Shown here piece by piece: positions 1 to 8,535 of a stretch of DNA of 64,000 nucleotides (its first letter is position 1; every line of letters begins with the position of its first letter). A program made the position numbers and the translations under genes. Source of the stretch: Mayamaea pseudoterrestris (lineage: Eukaryota). Under the pieces are notes generated by a model that was given only the letters and a program-made list of their open reading frames with translations, was not told the origin of the DNA and did no database searches. The stretch covers positions 1,426,001 to 1,490,000 of the forward strand of contig BROI01000003.1 of assembly GCA_027923505.1 (NCBI GenBank). The letters are read 5' to 3'.

Positions 1-374
1 CTTTTCGGCACCACCGGTACGTTACAGTGAGAGTATTGTATTGCCAAAAAAGGGAGTTAATTCAAGTAGCATGTGTGATCTGTTGCTTATTTTGGTGCAC
101 TCCTTCCCGTGCTTCACAGGCATTTTTGGATCCCTCTGAGGTGACGGACCGCATCATAACTGTTGTCAAGAACTTTGATCAAGTCGACCCTACCAAAGTG
201 ACACCCGATACAATCTTTGGAAAGGACTTGGGCTTGGACAGTCTTGATATTGTTGAGGTTGTCATGGCGATTGAGGATGAGTTTGCTATTGAGATTCCGG
301 ACCAAGAGGCGGACAAGATTGTCAGTATCAAAGATGCGATTAAATACATTGCGACTCATCCCATGGCAAAGTAG
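1..374 (+). CDS. ACP: Acyl carrier protein, probably mitochondrial; 5' end lies outside the window; intron about 17-119
   Basis: [20 protein letters not shown] phosphopantetheine motif; GTACGT donor at 17 and TTCACAG acceptor at 119 give in-frame ...[13 protein letters not shown]. Confidence 0.9.
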   Translation, partial: FRHHRYVTVRVLYCQKRELIQVACVICCLFWCTPSRASQAFLDPSEVTDRIITVVKNFDQVDPTKVTPDTIFGKDLGLDSLDIVEVVMAIEDEFAIEIPDQEADKIVSIKDAIKYIATHPMAK

Positions 375-509
375 AAAGAATTAGGTTGCAAAAGTCGTTT
401 GAAATGTTATTAGTTATTAGCTGAACAAAGATAATATAGTCGTAGTTTGATTCGGCATGGCCATCATTGCATTGACCGACAGCCTCGTCAAGCCAAGTCA
501 ATCTCCATT

Positions 510-2120
510 CTATCTTAACGTTCTCCCGGTGGACGATCGTTGCCGCTTATCCGATCGACTGCTTTTCGAAACTAGCGAGTCTACCCACTTTGTGCAGGTC
601 CATATTCCGCCAACAATCGCCATTAGCCGAATCAACAAGTGCGTCAATGGTACTCTCACTGGTTCCACCTCGACAGAGAATGGATAAATCTCGTATATGA
701 AAAAGATTCCCGGCAGTATCGAGTTTCGAACATGATGATGCGCATGCTGTCCCGCCCCCTGCTTGACGTGAGCGCTCACTGAACCCTGCTTCGGCAAGAG
801 CCCACCGGGATCGGCATTAGCGACATCATCATCTTGTATCTCCTCCTGAAAGTGGTCGTCATCGTCGTACCAGTCCTTGTTCAACGGTCGAAATCGCTCG
901 GTGAAAAAGTAACGATTCGTTTCGAGCGGGCCGCCATTCTCGCCCTTGCCAAGATACGTGGTGGGGACAACCTTAATGAAATATTGGAACAGTCCAGTCG
1001 TTCCAGTTTGCTTTGAAACCAGTTTGATAATACCATCCATTGTCGCTTGCTCTGAAGATTCTCCTTGACTCTCCGGTAATCCAAAGCTCAAGTGATGAAT
1101 GATATGCGACGCATTAAAGTTGGGTGTATCATCTGGGACGAACGAATGAATGTGTCGACCGTCCCGTTCCAAACCTTCGCCCATAGCAATGTGGAAGTTT
1201 CCAGCCACTCGGTTTATCACCATGTGTCCGCTCAAATTACATCCTTCACCATGCTTCATGCGTTTGGGCGTCTTCTTGTCGCGACCTTCTCGTATACACT
1301 GCTCGGCAGTCAACTCAATGATATCAGTTCGCCATCGCTTCTTGGCGTAGGCTTCCAAAAGTTCGTCGCACGAGTTGCAGCACTCAGTTTCGGATTCCTG
1401 AGCACCAAAGCATGGGCCGCAGTAGTTTTCTGGTAATTCAGCGTTGAGTACTCTATCCTTTACAGCTTGCTCCTTCTTGTGCTTGTTGCTTTCAACCATT
1501 TCGCCGTTCCCAATTGGTATTCCTCGCTTCAAGCGCACCTTACGCAGCGTGTCGTCAATGTTTAATTGCGAGTCGCCAGCAACGTCCATGACATCAACGT
1601 GCAAGTCTTCGCACGCCAGACCGGGAAAGGTGATATTGAGGTTGACCCGCATGCGCTTGCCAAGCGACGTATCAACGCGAATATGCTCCAAAGTAGTGCC
1701 ATTGGCGTACCTCCAATGCACAATTTCCGCCATGAGAAAAACAAATATGAGGACATAAGCAATCAGTGACATGAACCCGCCTCCTTCCGTCGTCATTGTA
1801 TATTCTTGATCCACCTTTGGAAAGAGAAAATCAAGCTTCTTGACAACATTTGGAGACGGCGCTATTCGTCCATTCGTCTTGCCATATCCATTGCCGCCAT
1901 CATTATTATTGCTGCCGCCGCTATATCCATAGTAAGCTTCCATGTTTCGCTTGCGCAGTTGCGTCGTCGGTCGCCCATATCCTCGCATCATGGTATTGTT
2001 TGCGGAATACTCTTCGTGGTTGACGAACGAATTGTGCGCCTGCTGCGGAGATCCTGCTGCAGAACCGTGATAGTTTGTCTCGGACAAGTCATGCGGAAAC
2101 TCATTACGGGAATGAGACAT
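510..2120 (-). CDS. ERGIC3: ER-Golgi intermediate compartment protein (Erv46/ERGIC3 family)
   Basis: LDFLFPKV..T.EGG + TM; NITFPGLACEDLHVDVMDVAG; YCGPCFGA..CCNSC; EGCNLSGHMVINRVAGNFH; FQYFIKVVPTTY; PGIFFIYE + C-terminal TM. ATG start taken at MSHSRNEF. Confidence 0.9.
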   Translation of the reverse strand: MSHSRNEFPHDLSETNYHGSAAGSPQQAHNSFVNHEEYSANNTMMRGYGRPTTQLRKRNMEAYYGYSGGSNNNDGGNGYGKTNGRIAPSPNVVKKLDFLFPKVDQEYTMTTEGGGFMSLIAYVLIFVFLMAEIVHWRYANGTTLEHIRVDTSLGKRMRVNLNITFPGLACEDLHVDVMDVAGDSQLNIDDTLRKVRLKRGIPIGNGEMVESNKHKKEQAVKDRVLNAELPENYCGPCFGAQESETECCNSCDELLEAYAKKRWRTDIIELTAEQCIREGRDKKTPKRMKHGEGCNLSGHMVINRVAGNFHIAMGEGLERDGRHIHSFVPDDTPNFNASHIIHHLSFGLPESQGESSEQATMDGIIKLVSKQTGTTGLFQYFIKVVPTTYLGKGENGGPLETNRYFFTERFRPLNKDWYDDDDHFQEEIQDDDVANADPGGLLPKQGSVSAHVKQGAGQHAHHHVRNSILPGIFFIYEIYPFSVEVEPVRVPLTHLLIRLMAIVGGIWTCTKWVDSLVSKSSRSDKRQRSSTGRTLR

Positions 2121-3004
2121 GTTGCTTCCAAAAGAGGTCACAGTAAGAGATGATAGGCAAGGAGATAAAGCTACCGTAGTGGAATGCTTTTGAAATTGTC
2201 GTTCAATTGTTGTTCATGGTCGTCAGTGAGCGCGAGAAACGGCGTCGCACAGTGACACAAGAGTCGCACCAGGACTAACTGTAAAGACGGTCGGACGTGG
2301 AAAACCCAAGTATGACGATGGCTGCGTCGACTGTCGTCACCTTGAAGATGGCAATTCAACCAGGATAGAGAAACGCCGAGACCGATTTCTCAGCGTTCTT
2401 GAGTTCGCGATGGCCTTCATACGGAGGATCCGATATTTTACGGGCAATATACAAGTTCTTTCTTAAAATGTCCCTTCAGTCATTTTGACGTCACTGACGA
2501 CAAGCCACCAGATTTGATCGTGGAAATACTCAAGTCGTGCAGTCACCTTCGGAGGTGCGGGGTATCCTTTGACTCATCCAAAGTTGTTTCGCCAGACTTT
2601 CCTATTTGACGAACCTTTTTGGAAGCCCAAATTCGTGTTGGGCATTTCCACCATTGCCTTCATTGAAGGGCAATAACATTGCTCTTGAAACGCTCCTGTT
2701 AAACAGGCCGTCGAGTCAGATCGAGGACGTGGCGCGCCGACGTATGCGAATGAAAGAACGGGGACCAACGTGGTAAGTCATGCCTTCCTGTTCATATTAA
2801 GCCCCCAACCAGTACAATAGCCGTCGACGTACGATAGTTCGCCGGCTGTTCTGACGGATTCGGTCTGCGTTGGCGGCCTCGGACTTTCTTTCAGATGGTG
2901 GGAGATGTGGCAACACGGCGGCAATGATCAAGCAGGCCTCACAAATTCGTTACTGGAAAGGTTTCTTTCGTCCGAGCAAAACTACTACTACCATTCGCAT
3001 TACC

Positions 3005-5128
3005 ATGATACACCAAACAAGTCTGCCACCAGTCACCGTTGCAGCAGATACAAGTGTTGACGACGCCTCCAGTCTCGCTGGATCATTGATTCAAATCGGA
3101 TCCGAGCTCTTCTCAAAAGGCTACGAGCAAGACGCCATGGCAATGTTCGATTCAGCGAATTCCGTCCTCAAGCGATCGACTGAAGAGCAAGTTTGCCTGT
3201 CCAGTGCCGTTTCACACCTTCACATGGGCTCGCAGGTCCTCATGAGCGACAAGACTGTTACGCAGGACGCGACTGATGAAGAACCCGCCGCTGACTTGTA
3301 CCAAGAAGATGAATGCGACGTTGGCCCACGTATGCTACGCGAGGCTATGCGACCTGCACATGCAGTATATAACGCTTCCTTTCTTGAGACTTGTCTACTT
3401 TTCAACAAAGCACTCATCTACCATGAGAACCAACAGCTTGAAACGGCCCGTCACTTGTACCAAAGTGTATTGCAGGTGCTAAAGGACCATTTGGATTCGT
3501 CATCGAAATCCTCCCAGCAACTCGTTGAAATGGGAACAAGAGCGCACAATAACATGGGATGCATCTTCTACTTGATTGGAGAGGAGGAACTTTCCCGAGC
3601 ACACTTCGAAGCCTCACTTATATGCCTGCGTCAGCTTGCGACAGTTACGCGCGAGCATCGACTACAGTACGCCACCATCTTGTCAAACTGCTGCCGCGTC
3701 GCCTGGATGGAAGATATCATGACGGACAATCTTTACAACAGCCTTCGAGAAGTCCTTTCTATCCGGTCATTGGAGCTGCCCTGGGACCATGTGGACGTTG
3801 CGTCCGCGCACTTTAACCTTGGTGTCGCCGAGTATGCTCGCCACCAACCCGCCAAGGCGCTGTCGCACTTGACGCACTACCTGCATGTTTGTTCACACCG
3901 AGCTCAGTCCAATTGCAATGATCTCGACGCAATTCCCGCTCTTATTTACGTATTGCTTCTACAGAACGAGGAAAAGGAGGGTCATCTTTCGCAGGAACTT
4001 ACTCGAGGCCTTCGTACACTCCAAGACAAGCGACAGGAGCAAGGTACGGAGAGTCCTGAAGTCGCCTCGGTCCTCAACTTTATTGGCACTGTCCTTTTTC
4101 ACATGTGTGACTACGAGCGAGCCCTCTCCTTCTTTCAAGAGGAGCTTCGCCTTGAAGAAATCATCTGCAGTGCTAACTCGACGGATGACATTGCCGTCAG
4201 TGTCACCTGCAACAACATTGGTCGCATCTATCAGGAAATGGCACGCATGACCGAAGCAGTGCACTTCTATCAGCGCGCACTAAAGACTGAGGCCAAGGAC
4301 GCGGAGAACGGCGAAATCAAGGTGCCGACCAAGAGCGTCACGGAAGCATACCCCTCCTTTGCCAACCTTTATTCCACCGTGTGGTACAACTTGGGACTCA
4401 TCCACGACAAGCTCGGAGCTTACGCGGAAGCGATCCATGCCTTTAGCAAGTCTTTGGAGCTCCGTCGAGCGATGCTTGGTCGTGACCACCCTGACTGCGC
4501 ATGCCTCTTGTACAACATTGCCGTCCTGCAAATGGAAAGCCATTCACTCAAGGAAGCGACTGCATCTTTTCGCGAAGTCCTTCGCATTCGTCGATTGGGA
4601 TTGGCGGATCAGCTTGTCGATCGACATGTTGTCAAGACACTTGAGAAACTGGCCAGTCTACACAAGGCCAAGGGTGACATTGATGGTGCGTTGGAAGCTT
4701 CGCGGGAAGTCTTGCGTATTCAAGACGTATCACCCGAGTACCAAGGCAACTCGCGTCTTCGTGAAACGGGGGTGACACTTCGATGCATCGCCGAGCTTTA
4801 CCAAGCGACGGGCGACCTAGCGGCTGCGGCGGAACATTGTCGACAAAGTGTGAGCCGGGTCGAGCAAGCCGCTGCGGCCGATCAAATGAGCCCGTATCTG
4901 CACACGGCCGACAAGGTTGCCAACATGGAGCAATTTGTCTCGTCCCTCTTGTTAATGGGAAGCATCTACCACGAATCATGCGAGCCACTCGAGGCCCATG
5001 TTGTTCTACACCGGGCCGTCATGGCCATTCAGCACGCCATGGCTAGCTCTTCGGCGTATGCATCCTTGTCATCTCTGAGTGAAGTGACGAAAATGCTGGG
5101 AGTCCTTCATGGGGCCGCCTGCGCATAG
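3005..5128 (+). CDS. Tetratricopeptide-repeat protein (kinesin-light-chain-like TPRs)
   Basis: Repeated TPR helices (VASVLNFIG, TCNNIGRIY, VWYNLGLIH, HPDCACLLYNIA); start uncertain (ORF is open from 2870). Confidence 0.8.
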   Translation: MIHQTSLPPVTVAADTSVDDASSLAGSLIQIGSELFSKGYEQDAMAMFDSANSVLKRSTEEQVCLSSAVSHLHMGSQVLMSDKTVTQDATDEEPAADLYQEDECDVGPRMLREAMRPAHAVYNASFLETCLLFNKALIYHENQQLETARHLYQSVLQVLKDHLDSSSKSSQQLVEMGTRAHNNMGCIFYLIGEEELSRAHFEASLICLRQLATVTREHRLQYATILSNCCRVAWMEDIMTDNLYNSLREVLSIRSLELPWDHVDVASAHFNLGVAEYARHQPAKALSHLTHYLHVCSHRAQSNCNDLDAIPALIYVLLLQNEEKEGHLSQELTRGLRTLQDKRQEQGTESPEVASVLNFIGTVLFHMCDYERALSFFQEELRLEEIICSANSTDDIAVSVTCNNIGRIYQEMARMTEAVHFYQRALKTEAKDAENGEIKVPTKSVTEAYPSFANLYSTVWYNLGLIHDKLGAYAEAIHAFSKSLELRRAMLGRDHPDCACLLYNIAVLQMESHSLKEATASFREVLRIRRLGLADQLVDRHVVKTLEKLASLHKAKGDIDGALEASREVLRIQDVSPEYQGNSRLRETGVTLRCIAELYQATGDLAAAAEHCRQSVSRVEQAAAADQMSPYLHTADKVANMEQFVSSLLLMGSIYHESCEPLEAHVVLHRAVMAIQHAMASSSAYASLSSLSEVTKMLGVLHGAACA

Positions 5129-5363
5129 ATTGAACATAATATGTACAAATAGCTGTCGAACAAACATTTTGTTAAAATGAAACTTATAATCAACTCATTT
5201 TTGAACCTATATGCATCGTTTTGCTGTGATGTTCCTTTCGTTAAGTCTTGTACCGCTAGTAATGGCATGCTTGTGGCTGGGTCATATGCCGGAAACGGCA
5301 TGCTAATGTTGAAAAGATAGTGTGCCAAGTTTGACACTCACCGCCGCTTTCAGCGACGACAAT

Positions 5364-6011
5364 CTAGTACCACCATGGCAAATCCGCCAGCGTATCTCTC
5401 GGTCCAGCAAAGGATACAAAGTTCAAAAAGGCAATCAGCAAGGCCAGGTCAAACCAAAAGCGAGGATCTCGGGCGAGCTCTGGCCAGAATCGATCCGCCG
5501 CACCATCGGGGTCCATGGAATCAAGGAGTGGATTGGGAATAATGACATTCTCAAACAAGTCGGATAGTTCTCTGTTCACTTGCTGTTCATCTAGTGGTTC
5601 GTCGTCTTCTTCGTCGTCGTCTTCGTCGTACTCATCCTCGTCAAAGTATGATGCGCGTCGACTTGAGGATGCTGTATAGTCGCTTTCATCGTCATCGTCG
5701 TCATTGTAGTACTTTCCCTTTCGTCTTCCACGTGGCACCTTGACGAGTTCTCGCTCGTCTTCAATGTCTTCATCGTCATCGTATCGAGCTAATTGTAAAG
5801 CGGCGATTGGAAGATTAATTGAGGGTGCATCTCGCAGTACTTGACGCTTAGCAAATGCTCGACTCGTTCCGATGGAAAATCTACGAGTGGAAGAGTCGAC
5901 GGACACGCATTTTATCCGTCTTATATCCAGAACTATAAAGGCATGTGCAACTTGTATATGCAGCAAGGTCACTAATAGTAGCAATGTACGAGTGTAACGA
6001 CTCATCATCAT
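5364..6011 (-). CDS. Hypothetical, probably plastid-targeted protein with acidic tract and C-terminal TM
   Basis: Signal peptide ending VAHA-F, basic transit-like segment, D/E-rich middle, hydrophobic C-terminus. Confidence 0.65.
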   Translation of the reverse strand: MMMSRYTRTLLLLVTLLHIQVAHAFIVLDIRRIKCVSVDSSTRRFSIGTSRAFAKRQVLRDAPSINLPIAALQLARYDDDEDIEDERELVKVPRGRRKGKYYNDDDDDESDYTASSSRRASYFDEDEYDEDDDEEDDEPLDEQQVNRELSDLFENVIIPNPLLDSMDPDGAADRFWPELARDPRFWFDLALLIAFLNFVSFAGPRDTLADLPWWY

Positions 6012-6149
6012 GATGATGATGATGATCACCTTGACACATTATCATGGTGGTTTGCGAGAATCGGATGGTTTCGGCAAAGTTCGCACCGGTACTCACTCAG
6101 ACATGGCGGGTCGACGAGAGGTGACGACAAAACTATTGTTCGTTTCACC

Positions 6150-6923
6150 ATGGCTTTTACTTCAGCCAACGTTTTCGTCACATTGACGTCCAGGTATCTT
6201 GCGAAAGGACTTGTTTATTCATCACTCAATTCGTCAATCTGCGCATTCTCGACAAACATTGACTCGTTCTTCACGTCCTCCTCGGTTCGATCGCAGCGGC
6301 GCAAGCGAAAACGCGCCATCCTCCAGCAGCATCACCGTCAAGCCAAGGATCATAATACAAATAATGACAACGGCAGCAATAATCAATCAGTTGATACGAG
6401 AACAATCAAGGATATTCTATTTCCAACTCCAGACTACGGCGATGAGCCCATTCACAACCAAAAGCGCTATCCAAAAACACTCGCCGGTTGGCGCGACGGA
6501 ATTCGTGAGGGATGGAAGACCTACAGAGGTACTTGGGATGGCTTTTACACAAGCAAGGGATTCATTGTCGAGGATAAGAAAGACCAAGATGCTGATCATG
6601 AAAATATCAGCGACAGGGCGGCAAAAATCAAGGAGAACGTGAAACAAAACGCTCAATTCCTGGCTCAAGAATCAGACGCGGTTCGACAAAAGGTCACGGA
6701 TGCTACAGGCATTAGCACCAAGGAAGACTTGAGACGTGTCGCTGCTGAAATGATGCGACTGGCATCGGATTGTGTCAACGAATTCATGGCTGGCTATCGC
6801 AAGGGACGCGACGACGAAGTGGAGAAGATGTTGACGCAATATTTTCAAGAGCTAGACGAAGCAGCCAACAAGCCAAGGCGCCGGAAAATAAAGAGACGAG
6901 TACTTAAACAGCATAGAAGATAA
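6150..6923 (+). CDS. Hypothetical protein, possibly mitochondrial
   Basis: 257-aa ORF, S/R-rich N-terminus, helical C-terminal part (EFMAGYRKGRDDE). Confidence 0.65.
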   Translation: MAFTSANVFVTLTSRYLAKGLVYSSLNSSICAFSTNIDSFFTSSSVRSQRRKRKRAILQQHHRQAKDHNTNNDNGSNNQSVDTRTIKDILFPTPDYGDEPIHNQKRYPKTLAGWRDGIREGWKTYRGTWDGFYTSKGFIVEDKKDQDADHENISDRAAKIKENVKQNAQFLAQESDAVRQKVTDATGISTKEDLRRVAAEMMRLASDCVNEFMAGYRKGRDDEVEKMLTQYFQELDEAANKPRRRKIKRRVLKQHRR

Positions 6924-7101
6924 TGGAATAAGTTGGGTGGGCCTACGAAACGTTATTTGTTTAGCTATGCATTGCAGATTGTGTCTGTGGGTCTTGTCTG
7001 GAGACTCTGCATGGTATTAGACTATAATTGGTTTGAAGTAAAGGATTTTTGATTGCAACATACTCCAATAATTATTGATCGTTTGCAACCATCTGTACAT
7101 G

Positions 7102-8325
7102 CTACAGCCATGAATTCAAAGCAGTAGTCCTTACCGCTCCAGCAACGTCTTCTTGCTGCATCAAAATAGCCTTTACTGTTTCAGCCAAAGCATCCGCTAG
7201 TCCACCACCACCAGCCGTCTTACTCAACTGGTATCCTCCTTCCAGTCCCAGCATTACATAAGGTTGTCGATTATTGGATGGTGCCAACGTAGCCACCTTT
7301 TGAAAAAGAAGTTCCGTCATGGTATAGTAGTCTTTCGCAACCAAGGAGCAGCTCGCCAACTCGTCACTATCCAAAGCGTCAAAACCAGCGCAAACAATGA
7401 CAACGTTCGGTTCCCACTCGTTTGGCTGTATCAAAAAGTTGAGTGCTCCATTGAAGGCCTCTTCAAATCCGCAGGTCCAAGTTGACTCCGGCGGCACTGG
7501 AACAGTGTAAACATTGGCGTGGGGACCAAGCACCGAAAGTGTTTCGCCCATATGAGGAAAGCATTGCTTCTGATGAATCGATGCGTAGCGAATGTTTGGG
7601 TAATGCTGGACAATATCAGAAACGCCCTGGCCGTAGTGAACGTCCGTATCTATGATGCTGACCTTGACCATTGGGTCTTTCGACAAAACATGTAGCGCTG
7701 CGGCAGCCGCAAAGTTAAATAAACAAAATCCATTGGATCCCTTGGCCGTCGCGTGATGTCCAGGTGGTCGCGTAAGCGCCATGGAAACGCCTTCATGTTG
7801 CGCAACGTCAATCGCTCGAATCCACGCCGCTGTTGCTCGCAGGCAAACGTCCAGGCTTGCCGTAGTAATGTAAGTATCATTGTCAATGTATCCCATATGC
7901 CCTAGTGATGATTTTCCGTCGCGGAGGCGCTGCTGAATGGACGCTCGCGTGTTTTCCTCCAGCTTTAAAACAAGGTCGTCGGAAAGAGCTTGGAGAAGCA
8001 TATTTCGAGCGTGCTCTAGTTCGGCATGAGTGAATGGACTGTATCGCGAGACCAAACCATGAATGAGTGATTCTGGTTCCTTTGCAACATCATGTAGTTG
8101 TATTCTGTCATCGCTATAGTCTTGCTGCAATTCCTGTAATTTCTCGAGACAAACGGAGATGCGACGTGGCTGCTCGGGATGGAGGGGCGACATGTCGCGA
8201 TGGAGCTTGTTGGAGCTGTCAAAGAATACATGAAATGGCTTATTGTTATTTTGTCGACTGCTGAACCCATAGACAGCAGCCAGGGGCAGCCAAAAGAGTC
8301 TGCTGCCCAGCGGCAGAATCGCCAT
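7102..8325 (-). CDS. Zn-dependent histone deacetylase family protein (class II-like) with a plastid-type presequence
   Basis: HPEQPRRI, RPPGHHA, NGFCLFN, DTDVHYGQG, AGFDA, LEGGY all intact; N-terminal signal peptide ending VYG-F. Confidence 0.88.
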   Translation of the reverse strand: MAILPLGSRLFWLPLAAVYGFSSRQNNNKPFHVFFDSSNKLHRDMSPLHPEQPRRISVCLEKLQELQQDYSDDRIQLHDVAKEPESLIHGLVSRYSPFTHAELEHARNMLLQALSDDLVLKLEENTRASIQQRLRDGKSSLGHMGYIDNDTYITTASLDVCLRATAAWIRAIDVAQHEGVSMALTRPPGHHATAKGSNGFCLFNFAAAAALHVLSKDPMVKVSIIDTDVHYGQGVSDIVQHYPNIRYASIHQKQCFPHMGETLSVLGPHANVYTVPVPPESTWTCGFEEAFNGALNFLIQPNEWEPNVVIVCAGFDALDSDELASCSLVAKDYYTMTELLFQKVATLAPSNNRQPYVMLGLEGGYQLSKTAGGGGLADALAETVKAILMQQEDVAGAVRTTALNSWL

Positions 8326-8535
8326 GGTGCAACTCGATAATGATGACGAGACGAAGTGGCTCGTCGTCGAAACATCAAAAGTGTCGCAGCATCAATTAAT
8401 AATGTCGCATAACCACTTGCTGCGACATCGCGCAGGCGCGTTCATTCATCGTCGGAACTCCATCGCAAGCGCCAATGAGCTCAATGAAATAAGTAAACTC
8501 GCTATCAAAACAAACTCGTCTATTTGCTTTTGACC

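Noticed and set aside
6003..6027. (CAT)n(GAT)n palindromic microsatellite as a regulatory hairpin
   Set aside because: Simple trinucleotide slippage at a start codon; no further support
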